This document shows positions 11,724-25,245 of a DNA stretch of 64,000 nucleotides, one piece after another. Where the stretch lies: NCBI RefSeq assembly GCF_006345805.1, contig NC_043011.1, positions 12,152,001 to 12,216,000 of the forward strand. Direction: 5' to 3'. The DNA comes from Octopus sinensis (lineage: Eukaryota). How positions within the stretch are numbered: the stretch's first letter is position 1; each line of letters starts with the position of its first letter. A program made the translations under genes and the position numbers. A model generated the notes under the pieces. That model was not told where the DNA came from. It saw only the letters and a list, made by a program, of their open reading frames with translations, and ran no database searches.

Positions 11724-13790
11724 TGGTGGCCCTGAAATAGAAAACACGCAATCATGGCGAGCGAGAACGCCATCACACTGAAGCTCCTGCAATCTGGCCA
11801 AAGCAGGCCGAGTTATAATTTGCATGAGTTGAGGAGGCACAGTTCAACATCAGGAAGATCACCTTGGACCTGACAAAATATTCCCATGTAACAACAGCAG
11901 CCCTGGATGAGGACACAACAACAAGGATGCTAGATATCTTAACCCAGCCACCAGCTACTCACAAATACGAGACTTTAACAAACAGACTTGTGGAAACATT
12001 TCCGGCTTAGTAACTGGGAAGTTGCAGCCAAGATACTAGATACAGAGGGATTAGGTGATTCCAAGCCTTCCAAACTAATGGACAGGATGCTAGCATTAGT
12101 GCTCCCTGATGAGTCACCTTTTTTATTTAGGGAGATATTACTCTGTGAATTGCCACCCCAGGTCCAGTCCCTCATATCTCAGACTGAGTTAGCAAAAGTG
12201 GCTGACAAGTATTTTTGTTTGATTGGTGCCATAAGGTCAGCTCCGAGACATGGTGAGGTTTCATAAGATGATCTGTATTTTTCGCAAGAATCTCAGAGCA
12301 AGGGCTACCAAATGTAAACAACCATGCAGCTTCGAGCACTTTGTCATCAGCTTTGTGAAACTCCAGGTTTGGCCGCTGTTAAACACCATGGTGCAAACAC
12401 GATCAGCGGCTCCTGTATGTCCATGATCAGGGCTCTGGACAAAGATTCTTAATCAACACAGGAGCAAAAGTCCGTATGATCCCAGTATCTGTAAAGGGAT
12501 CTCTGTTACAGAGAGTGAGGCTGACCTTAGCAGTGTATGGACACCACATTCTCGCCAAAGTGTATGGATGCTACATTCTCTTCCTTTGCATTGACTCACA
12601 TGTGTTTAGATGAGTGTTCACCATTGCTGATATTCATCGGCCTATTATTGATGCACACTTTCTTCAAGTCCACTCGCTGCTGGTTGATCTTCAGGGGAAA
12701 TGACTCAGCAATACTTACGCCTCTGTTTCTCTGGCAACATCTGCACTTGCCGCCCCTTGCATAGTGGCCATCTCTCAGACTAAGAACAAGTTCTCAGACC
12801 TTCTTGTGAACCACATGAACCTCACTACCCTGACATTCTCCAAATACACAGTCCACCATGGAGTGAAACACCACATCCCCATTACAGTACACAGCCATGT
12901 GCGTCATCTACCACCAGACAAATTTGCTATTGTGAAGGCTCAGTCCCTGGCCATTACTTCTACATGTGGCACCTAAACCTAAAGGAGGTTGATGGCTTTG
13001 TGGAGATTATCCCCATCTCAGCACAAACAGCACCTGACCACAATTCCAAATATACAGAACTTCTCAGCCTAGTTAGCCAGGTTCTCAGATTTCTCGAGGG
13101 TCGACCTCGTATAAGGTTACCACCAAATACCTGTATAATATGATATGATTATGTTCCTAAAACTGCCATGATCACTCCTTTTGGACTGTACAAAGTTCTA
13201 CGTACACCCTTTAGCCTAAAAAACACAGCATAATCTGTTCAATGCTTGATGGACAACATGGGTATGGATCTAGATTTTGTCTTCACATACCTAGATAACA
13301 TCCTTATCGCAAACCAAACTGCAGAACTACACAAAAAGTGCCTAGTCACTCTTTTTGATAGACTGGAGCAATATAGTTTGGTAGTCAATCCCATCAAATG
13401 TGTCTTTGGCATTAAGGAAATCAGACTTTCTTGGACATCGAATCACAGGTGCTGACACTACAGAAAAAGTAAAAACTATCCTGTTCTTTCTATGTCCCAC
13501 CATAAGCGAGGCTCTCCACCATTTTGTGGGTATGGTAAACTTTTATCATTGTTTCATCCCCTCTGTGGCAAGATTGATGAGACCCCTGTACAAATTGCTA
13601 CCAGGAGAAAGTTAAAAGAAAAACAGGTGGTGTGGGACAGTGCAATCACCTCAGCCTTCAAATCCACAAAAGAAGATCTTGCTACAGCCATCATGCTCTC
13701 CCATCCTCAGCATTGACTGCACTCACAATCGATGCCTCTGATTCAGCCATCGGAACAATATACATCAATTTTGGAACAAAACACCTTCTC
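11724..13790 (+). mobile_element. Decayed Ty3/Gypsy retrotransposon (gag, protease, RT, start of RNase H)
   Basis: PBS-like TGGTGGCCCTG at 11724 (tRNA-Trp-like); ATG 11754 MASENAITLKL; GLGDSKPSKLMDRMLAL; RFLINTGA; FSRVDLV*GYHQIPV; FTYLDNILIA; FHHFVGMVNFYHCFIP; LTIDASDSAIG. Confidence 0.85.
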
Positions 13791-14815
13791 AGATCAAACG
13801 ACAGTCAACAATTCTACCCCTACATCTCTAATATGCTCTCTAGCCTTTCTTTCTCTTGCTGCACCCACCCACTCTTCTCACAACTACTTTTCCATCTACA
13901 ATGCTTTCCTGGGATTCACACTCTACTCTTCTTCTCTCTCCTATCGCTTTGGTACTCTCCAGAATCTACTTCTTGCCCCTCTTTCTTCTTTTCTTTTACT
14001 GCCTTCTCCCCAACAGTTTTTCTACCACTTCAACACTATTTCCCATTTTCTCCTCTTATTTACCTGCAATTTCCTCTTCACACCTTTCTTTCCTTCATTG
14101 ACTCTTTCAGGATTCCTCCCTACATAGGTTTATTGCCCATTTCTTATAATATTGGATTGTTCTTAACTCCATGTTTCACAATCCATCTTATCACCTTTTC
14201 AAATTTCTTTTTTAATCTAGTCCTTCTTTCTACAATTCCTTACCATGCTTCCCCATTTTCTCCTTTTTCTTACCATCCTTCATTTCTCCCAGTCTTCTGT
14301 TCTCCTTCACTCAATTACAGGAGTCACATGAGGGCTTTAGTCTTGTAAGCTAGGAGGCAATCACCACTGATGTTGGTGTTATGAAAAAAGTACCCAGTAC
14401 ACTCTGTAAAGTGGTTGGTGTATATACCCTTGTTTTGCTTTGTAGAATTATCTCTGTGTGTGTATGTTTGAATGCATAATCATGCATGCACAAGCATGAA
14501 GATATACATGCATATTGTATTTATATTCACCAGCACTCTCGTATACATACTTACATACACTGTGTGTAGGTATGTATACATTTTCCTTATTTGTTTCTGT
14601 ATTTATTTATGGAACAGCATAACAGGCAAACTATTTGAAAAATAAGAATTATCCATGTAACATTGTAATTGTTTTTATAATTTGTTCTAGAACTATCCAG
14701 GGAAATATCATTATCACTGGTATATAAATTAATAGCCCCTTGGTTTGTAACTAGTTTGTTGAGTGCTAATGCATGAAACTCTCAGCCTTTGAGGCACTCT
14801 GTTCCTTCTGCTAAT

Positions 14816-14962
14816 CATCATCATCATCATCATTTAACGTCTGTTTTCCATGCTAGCATGGGTTGGACGGTTCGACCGGGGTCTGGTAAGCCATGGAGGC
14901 TGCACCAGGCTCTAGTCGGATTTGGCTGTGTTTCTACAGCTGGATGCCCTTCCTAATGCCAA
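14816..14962 (-). mobile_element. RTE-tail SINE family B (partial)
   Basis: (cat)n-ttaacgtctgttttccatgctagcatgggttggacgg..ctacagctggatgcccttcctaatgcc. Confidence 0.75.
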
Positions 14963-15579
14963 ATATGAATAAAATATATTTTTCTTTGAACTTTATTTAA
15001 GTTCTTGAGGGAATTGAAGCCTGTCACCAACAAAATGACAAGACTTTTTGAGTTAAGAGTGTTCCCAGTATTTGTGAATCTGTGGTTGAGTGGATGTGTT
15101 GGTTGAACTATCAATGCATCCACCCAAGTGTGTGCATCTGTTCACATTAGAATCTCAGATGGAGAATTTTTGGAATGTCTTACAGATCTTCACCATGCCA
15201 CTAATAGATTGGATTTGAAGAATCCACATCAGTTTATATACATTTGTATAAACATACATATAAATAGACACAGTATGGCCAGATAGTTTAGAAGTCTATC
15301 TTGAAATCACATTATTCCAGTACAATTGCATCTGGGGCATGTGTCTTTTGCCATATCTTGCCTCTCATTGACTCCAAGTTTTGTGATTGAAATTAGATGA
15401 ATGGAAACGGTGCAGAAATGCATTTGATGGATTGCACTTTTTATACAAAGATCCAGTCTTGTCATACACTCTGCTCTACTGTGTCTGTCCCTGGAATACA
15501 CAGCTACTTGAATGTTAATTCAATGAGTTTGTTTGTTTGTTTTTGTTTTTCCAGTTTCAGCTCTTGAGCTGTGGCCATG

Positions 15580-15760
15580 CTGGGGCACCGCCATTGTGGT
15601 GAAAGAGTACAGCAGGGATCACCACCCCCTGCCAGAGCCTCGTAGAGCTTTTTAGGTGTTTTCGCTCAATAAACACACACAACGCCCAGTCTGAGAATCG
15701 AAACCGCGATCCTGCGACCGCGAGTCCGCTGCCCTAACCACTAGGCCATTGCGCCTCTAG
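15580..15760 (-). mobile_element. tRNA-derived SINE family D (partial)
   Basis: gaaagagtacagcaggga..gagcctcgt..ggtgttttcgctcaataaa..gaatcgaaaccgcgatc..ccctaaccact; matches 37581-37873. Confidence 0.75.
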
Positions 15761-15855
15761 GAGTAGGTAGTTCAGCTGAATTTTATTTTTACAGAAAGGG
15801 CCAGTTCCATGAAAGGTTTTGCACACTACTAAGAACAGGGATTAATCACCTTCAC

Positions 15856-16285
15856 ATCATCATCATCATCATCATCGTTTAACATCCGCTTTCCATGCTA
15901 GCATGGGGTTGGACGGTTCGACCGGGATCTGGGAAGCCAGAAGGCTGCACCAGGCCCCAGTCTGATCTGGCAGTGTTTCTACGGCTGGATGCCCTTCCTA
16001 ACACCAACCTCTCCGTGAGTGTAGTGGATGCTTTTTATGTGCCACCTGCACAGGTGCCAGACGAGGCTGGCAAACGGCCACGATCGGATGGTGCTTTTTA
16101 CGTACCACCAGCACGGGGGCCAGACGAGGCTGGCAAACGGCCACGATCGGATGGTGCTTTTTACGTGCCACCAGCACGGGGGCCAGGCAAGGCTGGCAAA
16201 TGGCCACGATCAGTTGGTGCTTTTTACGTGCCACCAGCACGGAGGCCAGTCAGGGTGACGCTGGCAACGGCCATGTTCGGATGGT
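15856..16285 (-). mobile_element. RTE-tail SINE family B with 3-4 internal ~63-bp tandem units
   Basis: Unit tggtgctttttacgtgccaccagcacggg..ccagacgaggctggcaaacggccacgatcgga repeats from ~16028 to 16280; shorter arrays at 19040-19170 and 43720-43785. Confidence 0.85.
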
Positions 16286-16959
16286 TAAGCTCTCGAAAAT
16301 CAGCATGGCATCTAGTAACTTGAGTTAGCAACCTTGATGTACCTCACAACACTGAATAGTTGAATATCTTTAAAAGAATCAAACCAAACCTTGTTAGCTT
16401 TGATTTCTATTGACTTTATATCTCTTGCAACACTGTAGTTAAAAGTATTTTTCTCAAGCTCTTAATAAAGTGACTTAACTTTCTCACAAATAAATGCTTT
16501 ATCCACTGACCCACCATCAATTGTTTCTCTTTGAGTGGCACTAAAAGTATTTTCTTTTTCGTTACTATGTGAGACATAAGTATTATTAAGACCGCATGTT
16601 CCTTTTGCTACATGTGCGCTTTTTGTTTTACCCTTCCTTTTCGAAATAGTACAGATTTCGTCAATTCATATTCTGTACTAGGATCACTGAAAGAGTCCAC
16701 TTTCTCAAATGGAAATAATCTCTTTGTTTTTTTTTGTTTTGTTTTTTTTTGTTCCCTCAATAATGTTCTTTTATACAGGTTCTGCTTTGGGTATGGGGAA
16801 TATACCACAACCCTAATTCTTAGAAATAATTAAATTTTTTCCCTTAAGAAAATTCCTCTGCTTCTGCTGCAAGCAAAACAGTAAACCAGAATGACACTGA
16901 ATATATACAGAAATCATGTAGTACTTCCAGGATAACTGAGAAAATATACTTCCTGTGTA

Positions 16960-18257
16960 CGAGGGGCATTCAATAAGTAATGCCCCTGACCCACTTCCCA
17001 TAGCAGTAGAGCAACGAAACTTGGCAAAGTTATTAGTCTTTTTCTACATAGGAACCACCCAGAGTTACGCATTTCTCCCATCGTTTGATGCAGCTCTGGA
17101 GACCGTTTTTGTAGAAGACCCCAGTTTGGTCCTCCAACCACGACGTGACTTCAGAAATCAAGGCTGCATCATCTGGGAAACGCTTTCCTTTCAAAAACAA
17201 CTTCATGACTGGGAAGAGGTGAAAATCAGAGGGTGCAAGGTCAGGAGAGTAGGGGGGATGGGGGAGGAATTCATAGCCACACACCTGTGCTTCTGATCTG
17301 GCGACACGCGAATTGTGGACCGGAGCGTTGTCCTGCAAGAGGAGGATGCTTTGCTGATCTTGCCCCACCTCTTGATTTTGATAGTTTCTCTTAATTTCCT
17401 CAAAAGTGAAGCATAATAGGCTCCTGTAATTGTGGTACCCTTTGCCAGGAAATCTGTCATCACTACTCCGTCCTGGTCCCAGAAGACTGTGAGCATGACC
17501 TTGCCAGCGGAGGGCTGCACCCTTGCCTTCTTTGCAGGAGGTGAGTCACGGTGCTTCCACTGCATTGACTGGGCTTTAGTCTCTGGATCATAGTGATGGA
17601 CCCAGGTTTCATCCTGTGTAATCAGTCTTTTGAAAAATTTTGACTCATCTTCTTGGCACATCTCCAAATTCATCCTCAAGCACTTGACGCATTCTTGCTT
17701 CTGGAAAGGTGTGAGCAACCTGGGAATCCATCTGGCAGACACCTTTTGCATATGCAAATGGTCATGAATGATAGTTTCCACAGACCCGGTACTAATCTTG
17801 ACCTTATGGGCTATTTCGCGAATAGTTATGCGTCGATCTTCCAAAATGGCAGCCTCAACTTGACGGACAGATGCCTCATCAATGGCAGAAGGGGGGGGGG
17901 GGCGACCAGATCTGGGAGCTGTTTTCACAGAGTTCCAACTATGTTTGAATCCACGATGCCATCGTTTTACAAGGTCGCATGATGGGGCATCATCACCATA
18001 AGTTACTTTCATTTCATGAAAAGTCTCCTGTGGTGTGCGTCCTTTCAAATACAAAAACCGGATCACTGCTCGACACTCAACAGGCTCCATTTCACACTTG
18101 ACTCAGTTCAAACACCTGTAAATCAGAAACCACAATAAGTTCAGAGCTGTAATTTGCCACTTAATCTGTAGAGATATGAATAATTGCACATGCAAAATTT
18201 CAGCTAGATCAAACTACTGCAAGTGGGTCAGGAGCATTACTTATTGAACGCCCCTCG
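16960..18257 (-). mobile_element. Full-length mariner (DD34D) DNA transposon, 1298 bp
   Basis: TIRs CGAGGGGCATTCAATAAGTAATGC.. and ..GCATTACTTATTGAACGCCCCTCG; TA duplication at 16958-59 and 18258-59. Confidence 0.95.
17033..18090 (-). pseudogene. Mariner transposase with a single frameshift near 17350
   Basis: ORFs 17203-18090 and 17033-17368 join: HTH region, WIPRLLT, ITQDETW, LLQDNAPVH, then YSPDLAPSD with 34 residues between the second and third Asp. Confidence 0.92.
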
Positions 18258-18259
18258 TA

Positions 18260-18850
18260 TCCTTAGTGTTTCTAGCTCCTGCACATCTTCCGCATACAAC
18301 CTCAACTTTCCATGTTAACCTTCCAGTGATTCCACCCACATCTCTAGTGTGTCCATAGCTTGCACAGCATACATCATGTGGAATTCTAGCTTACAACTTT
18401 CCTCCGTAAGAAGGGTCATTTACCTGAAGGGAATTGAGTCCTGTTCATTTTTTTTTTTTTTTTTTGCTTACTAGAACATTAGTCTCCCTAAATTAATATT
18501 AAGGCTCTCTAATTCCAGGTTTTGCTTCCAGACCTGGGATTTTTTCCCTAATTCTGTTACAGATTCTCTTATGAGAGCTAGGTCATCAGTATATAGTAGT
18601 GTCCAAGGGCAGCTGGTCTTAAATTCCTCTGTTATGGTCTGCAGGAAAATAACGAATAGGAGGGGACTGGAAACTGATCCTTGGTGAGCTCCTTTCTGAA
18701 CACTAATTAACCACTACTCATGGCTAACTATCACCTTACTAACAGCACCCCTGTACATGGCTTATATGTCTTTTACTGGCCATTGGTCTACCCCTAGCTT
18801 CCTCCGAGGCCACCTGAGGGACTCTGCCAAAGGTTTTCTTCAGGTCAACA
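18260..18850 (-). mobile_element. RTE-clade LINE RT fragment
   Basis: Minus strand reads GAHQGSVSSPLLFVIFLQTITEEFKTSCPWTLLYTDDLALI. Confidence 0.8.
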
Positions 18851-18853
18851 AAT

Positions 18854-19190
18854 CATCATCATCATCATCATCATCGTTTAACGTCCGTTTTCCATGCTAG
18901 CATGGGTTGGACAGTTCAACTGGGGTCTGGGAAGCTAGAAGGCTGCGCCAGACCCAGTCTGATCTGGCAGTGTTTCTACAGCTGGATGCCCTTCCTAATG
19001 CCAACCACTCCGTGAGTGTAGTGGGTACTTTTTACATGCCACCTGCACAGGTGCCAGACGAGGCTGGCAAACGGCCACGATCGGATGGTGCTTTTTACGT
19101 GCCACCAGCATAGGGGCCAGATGAGGCTGGCAACGGCCACAATCGGATGGTGCTTTTTACGTGCCACCGGCATGGAGACCAGTCAGGTCA
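18854..19190 (-). mobile_element. RTE-tail SINE family B
   Basis: Same sequence as 15856-16285 with fewer internal units. Confidence 0.8.
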
Positions 19191-19616
19191 AGTATAATAG
19201 TTTACTTTCAGTACAATACTTTTCCTGTGGTTGTCTTACTAAGAAAATTGCTTCAGTAATACTGTTTTGCATGTGTGTGTGTGTGTTACTCTTTCCTTGC
19301 TTTGATATTACATAATAGCTGTAAGCAAGTGTCACTATCATGCAGGCAGTGTCCTTTGTTTCAAATCTTGCAAGGCATGTAAGGTCATAGACAGATATAC
19401 CTTACTTGAAAACGGGTCAGGGTTGATGACAGGAAAGGCATCTGGCTATACAAAATCCACCTTAACAAATTTTGTCCAACCTATATGAAGAGGAAAAAGA
19501 AAAGGTGAACATTAAACGATGATGATATATAATCAATTAAGGCTGTTCATCATTTTATTTAATCTAGAGAGAGATAGTTAAATTTTCCACATTTCTATGT
19601 CTGCTATGTAGGTTTT

Positions 19617-19647
<31 letters not shown>

Positions 19648-19933
19648 ACGCAAGTCATAAAAATTGCAATAAGTAAAAGTGAGATGATGAATGTAATAGT
19701 GATAACTGCAGAAACTTAAGTAATAGTACTTTCTGCCATAGGCTCAACTGTTAATTAATTCATCGACCTCAAAAGGATGAAAGGCAAAGTCGATCTCAGC
19801 GTAATTTGAACTCAGAGCATAAAGACAGATGAAATGCCACTAAGCCTTTTGCCCGGTGTGCTAACGATTCTGCCAGCTCACCACATTAGAGACTTAAGTA
19901 ACAATACAATTAACATCACTTAGACACCAAAGC

Positions 19934-20895
19934 ATGGTGGGTGCAACACAAATTTATTGGAAGGGACTTGGATTTGACGCAGATCGATTCGGACTGTTTT
20001 CAAGTAAGCTGCAGAGCGAATGCAGATTTGTTGATAGCAACAGCATCAAAACAAAGGAAACAGAGAGAAGAGAGTTTCATTTGGTTCAATGCTCTCAACA
20101 AGGACAGATGATGAAATGGGAGGAACACACTGTTGAGAGCAAAATATGTTGGTGGTGGACGATGTTTTCTGATTCATTCATCCTACGATGTCTTGCCATC
20201 GCCTACAAACCTAGTAAGATGGAATGTATCAGAAAATGATATATGCAGATGTGGAAAAGTCAGAGCACTGAAACATATTCTTTCCAACTGTTCATTGGCA
20301 CTGGACAGATATATATATATATATATATGGAGACACAATCTGGTTCTTAAGGTTATTTTCAATGCAACAAAGAACCAAATTACTCTCATCATTAGTGGCA
20401 AAATAAAAAACAAAAACATGAAAGAAACCAGCCAGAGGTTCCATTACCATTTTACATTCAAGCTAGCGAATCTGTTTGAAGAAGAAAACACTTCCTGTGA
20501 GCGATGAAAAATGGAACAGCTATTGGTGGGTGGCTGCAGATTTACAAGGATTCTTACCCATTCCATTTACAAAGAAACCAGTTATTATCATTGGTGTGAA
20601 AGAAAGAAAGTGGTAAGTCTAGTCGAGTTCATAGTTCCTCATGAAGATAACATGGATGCCACTTGGGCTCAAAAGATTGACTGTTATAAAAACCTCCTCA
20701 ACGAATGTGAAAACACAGGCTGGAAAGTGGAGCATTTTCCAATTGAAGTTGGATGCAGAAGCTTTGGACACAGTGTGAGACGACTGCTGTTGTCACTAAG
20801 CCTAACTCATCATAAAACAAATTCCACCATGAGTGATATACAGACTACAGTGGAGAATGTAAGCCACTGAATTTGGTTAAAAAGAGCACTGGCTA
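19934..20895 (+). mobile_element. Hero-like (R2 group) non-LTR retrotransposon 3' fragment: CCHC finger and restriction-like endonuclease
   Basis: QQGQMMKWE; FLIHSSYDVLPSPTNLVRW; CRCGK..LKHILSNC..WRHNLVL; LVEFIVPHEDN..KIDCY; FPIEVGCRSF; frameshifted. Confidence 0.8.
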
Positions 20896-23215
20896 GAAGA
20901 GTCCTGGTGTTTCCCCCAACGCAAGGCATATACAATAGTCCACCACGACGATAAAAAGATAGGGAGCCAATGTATCTCCCTGAAGCACTCCAATCAGTCT
21001 CTCAAAGAACTCCGTCATCCTGTCAGGTGTAACGTCTTGGGCTTTGGTGTTGGTGTAGAACAGTGATATCAGGTCCAGTATCTTCTTGGGGATTCCATAA
21101 ACCTGTAAGATCATCAGGCAGTGATGGTCCACACAATTAAATGCCTTCCTAAAGTCAATGACAGCAGGAAGACTCTTTGCTCTAGCTCCCTCTAATATCC
21201 TTCTCAGCATTAGGATGTGACTGGTGGTTGATCTCTCTCTAAAGCCATTCTGGTTGTCCCTGAGCTTCTTCTTCATCCTGTTAAGAATCTTCCTGCTGAA
21301 GGTGTTTGCCACGAGTGACATCAGTGAGATCCTCCTGTAGTTGTTGGTGTTAGAGAGATCTCCCTTCTTTGGCATTAGGACGATGTTACTAATCCTCCAC
21401 TGATTTGGGACAACTCATTTTTCCAGTCCCTGGTTACAGAACTCCAGGATGATATCAAAATCACACCTCTTCATCACCTCTGCTGCTACTTCATCTTTAT
21501 CGGCTTAGCCCTCCTTGATCTCCTTCTTGGCTTTCTGAAGCAACTCTTTGGCAAAGGGTCCTGTTTCAATACCCAGTTCCTCAAACAGCTGCCTGATCTA
21601 CCCAGTGTTCTGGGTTGTGGAAGGTGACTCTCCTAGTAGGGTCTTAAAATGGTCCGGCCATTTACTCTTCCTAACCTCGGGCCCTGTTCCCTGGATCTGA
21701 CTTGAACTCCCTCTCTTCCTCCCTGTGATCTTGTTGATGATCACCCATCTCTCTTTACACCTAGACCCATCAACCACTCTCTCCACGCTTCTAATTTTCT
21801 CCATCAGTGTCTCTTCTCTGGCTTCAGTGTAAGTGGTACAGAGTTCTTCCTTAATCACCTCCACATCCTCCTTCATCTCCTCTGTAGGATCAGCAGGGAA
21901 TTGGTCCTTGGAAGCTTTCAGGTGTTCTCTAGCTATGCACACTTTAGAGTCTACAGAGTTGATGTTCCTTCTTTTCTTCTGTCTCCTCGACACCAGAATC
22001 TCACTTGCTTCTGCCACTGTTTTGGTGAAGTACCCATACCTCTATGTTACTCTGTCCTCACTCCCTCCAATTTCTCTCTCACTCTCTCTCTCTCTCTCCT
22101 CTGCCTCTCCGCACAGAGCACTGAACCTGTTCCTCACTTCTACTGTGTACCTCTCCTGTAGCTTTATCATCTTCCTTGAAAGCTTCTCAGTCATAAATTG
22201 CTCTCCAGGGCTGAGCCTAACTCTTTCTTAACTTCACCCAGACCTTACTCATAACAAGTTACTTCTTAACTTCACCCAGACCTTACTCATAACATAGTTA
22301 CTAGTGTACTGAAATAGTTGTATGGTTCTGTGTTCAGAACACTATTCCGCTACTTCTTCTTCACTAGAATGAAAGCAATCTGGGACTTGGACAAGTGTGT
22401 ATCAGAAATGTAGATCCACATTTTCCCCAGATTTTTCCCAAACCTTGGGTTGGTTGCCATCAAGTTTGCCTCCAGCAGAGTGTCCCTCAGTGGTCTCCCA
22501 TTTCAGTTGAGATTGTTATTGAAGTACCAGCAAGGATCTTCATCTCTCTCCTTACTCAGATGTGCACTGAGATCACCCAGAACAAGCAGGATGTTATGAG
22601 CTGGTGTGGTGTTGACAGTTCTACATACTTCCTCATGGAACTCTCCCACACTTGCATCACTGTCCCCTTCGGTTGGACTATAGGCTGAGATGACTGTCAG
22701 CCTTGGGTTTCCATTGAAGGTCACCCTCAACACTTGCAGAGAGATAGGTATGATTTTCCTCACTAACAGATTGGCTCTTGCGCTCAACACAACACCCACT
22801 CCTCCTACTGCAGCTCTAGCCATGTTCCTCACTGCTGATGTGGTGATGAGCTGGTTCTTTTTTCCAATCATCACTGTGTTCATGGGCTCATCGTGTAGGA
22901 TCCTGTGTTCTTGGATCGCAAGTATCTGCATATCACTCTCCTCAAACAGATGACCCAACCCCTCTCTCTTCTCCAGCATCCGAACAGTCCTCACATTCAA
23001 AACGCTAATTTTTGTGGTTCTTCTGCAGGACAAAAGTGTGTTCTTTATATTTGTCTGGTCCATCATCCACTGGCCCTCCCTGTGGCTCTAAACCAGCAGG
23101 GTCATAACAACCAGGCTGCTCCTCGACAGTGTAGTTAGGGGCTCTAACCCTAGTGTTGTTGTTAAGTACACTCTTCATAATTCTTTTCAGTGGCTGATAA
23201 TACCTTACCGGTGCC
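20895..23215 (-). mobile_element. RTE-clade LINE remnant (APE endonuclease plus RT, internally deleted, 3' truncated)
   Basis: ORF 22503-23066 ISVLNVRT..LAIQEHR..SAYSPTE..VLGDLSAH; ORF 20893-21375 PKKGDLSNTNNYRRISL..NQNGFR..IDFRKAF..GVLQGDTLAPYLF; 38-bp tandem duplication at 22225-22301 near the deletion. Confidence 0.88.
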
Positions 23216-23455
23216 ACTCGAGTAAGATAATTATTTAGCCCTTAAAGAGAGCCCTAACAGGTACTACTACTCTGAGCCATAGCAGACCTGGGAGTGATGA
23301 CATCTTAGGGGTAACTCCACATTCCCCACAGGTCTTGGACTGGACTCCTGAACTGGAGCCTTGCCACTGGATGAAGTTTGTCATACCCAGGACTTATACA
23401 CATATGTTCATATAAATATGCAAGTACACACACACGCATATATTAGGTAGGTAGG

Positions 23456-23505
<50 letters not shown>

Positions 23506-23999
23506 TACATATATATTTTTCCTATTCAGATAGATACATACTCATTAGTACACAAACACAAGTACCTATATACACACATATAATTACCATATATATAATG
23601 AATATATGCACATATATTTACACACACACACACACACACACACAAATATATAAGTAATGAATATGAATTAATGATATTACTAAAGTTACTGCAAATAATA
23701 GAGAATAGCAATAAAAATTATTCAGTACTGATAATGATGGTGAATACAATGAAAATTTGATGATGATGATGATAATAATAATTAATTAATTTGTAATAAT
23801 AAACAAGTTCATAATATAAAATTTGTAATAAATTAACATTCTTAATAAGAATTACTATTCGTAATAATAAGATTAATAAGAACACAAGTATTGCAAAAAA
23901 TAATAGTTGAATAAATTAGGGTTATGTAGAGTATTAGTTTATGGAGTGAGTTAGTTTAGTAGGTGTGTGTGTCTGTGTGTGAGTGTATGGATATATATA

Positions 24000-25100
24000 C
24001 AGTGGGGGGAAATAAAATTCTTTATTTGTTTAATTTCTTATGAACATAAAGGAGATATACCAATACTATATTTGCATACAGATACATAAACTAAGAATAT
24101 GCAAAAGAAACTAATAAATTATAGTAACTAAGGAGTTTATATTCAATTATAAATATTTAGGGGTGAAAAAAGTATTCGTACAGAACATAAATAACTGATA
24201 ACTCTGATTTAATACTTCATAGCATAACCATTATTCAGTTCCACTTCAACCAATCTCTTCTTGTAGTTCTTAATCAATGACTTGCATGTTTCTTTAGGAA
24301 TTTTTTCCCATTCTTCTTGACAAATTTTCTTCAAATCTGCAATGCATGTTGGGGCTCTTGGAGGAATTTTAATTTTCAAATAACGCCACAAATTTTCAAT
24401 GGGGTTCAAGTCAGGTGACTGGCTTGGCCATTCTAATAATTTTATATTGTGATCGACAATCCATTTTATGGTAGACTTCGCCGTGTGCTTAGGGTTATTA
24501 TCCTGTTGTAAAACCCACCCTTCACAAAGCTGGAGCTTTTCTACAGAGTCCAATAAATCATTGTTCAAAATATTTTGGTACATCTCTGCATTCATTCTAC
24601 CAGCTATCACATGTAAATTGCCAGTATCATTTGGAGAGAAACACCCCCACACCACCTCCAAACTTTACAGTAGGAATTATGTTTTTCGGCAAATAGGCGA
24701 TACCATCTTTTCTCCGAACATGGCTATGCGAATTTCGTCCAAATAGTTCAATTTTCAACTCATTGGTCCATAGAACATTTTTCCAGAATGTATCAGATTT
24801 ATCTTTATGTTCATAAACAAATTTTAAACGGGCATCTCTATGCCTTTTAGTCAACAGCAGAGTTTTTCTAGGACAGCGTGATTTCAGTTCATTCCTATGA
24901 AGTTCATTGCTGATTGTTTGTAGTGTAACACTAGTCCCTGAAGCTAACAAATCTTCTTGCAACTCTGTTAAGTGTCTTTGGAGAATAAGATTCCAAACTT
25001 TCATGTAAGCATAAGTTGCACAGTTTTCCATTCCAGAGTAGAATTTAACTTTGGTGAGGATATTTGACTTGATATTGTAAGATCATTATCATAGTTAGCT
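24000..25100 (-). mobile_element. Tc1-family (DD34E) transposon remnant with one long TIR
   Basis: TA|CAGTGGGGGGAAA at 23998-24012 and inner direct repeat GGTGAAAAAAGTATTCGTACA ~24160; VLWTNELKIELFG, LQQDNNPKH, and 34 residues on to SPDLNPIENLW; frameshifted. Confidence 0.88.
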
Positions 25101-25245
25101 AAAAATGTTTGGTTAGTTTTGTTTGAATGTCTAAAGGAATAATTGTGAGAATTGTACCTGAGCTTAAAGGATTTGGATGTCATACTGACGTAGACCCTGA
25201 ATGAAGAGTTAGCAGTATCAGTACATTTGTAGACTATGTCATTAA

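Noticed and set aside
12106-12112. CTGATGA hammerhead-core match
   Set aside because: Inside Gypsy gag; no stem II, GAAA or NUH downstream
13632-14348. 238-aa ORF
   Set aside because: Only the start (LTIDASDSAIG) is Gypsy RNase H; the rest is F/S/L-rich translation of a pyrimidine-rich strand
16028-16280. Three to four ~63-bp direct repeats that look like a CRISPR array
   Set aside because: Units are contiguous with no unique spacers, lie inside a SINE/RTE tail seen elsewhere in the window, and there are no cas genes in this eukaryotic context
23180-23225. Possible HDV-like ribozyme at the RTE 5' end (GAGTGGC..GCCACT)
   Set aside because: Only a P1-like pairing; no P3, L3 or P2 arrangement could be built by eye
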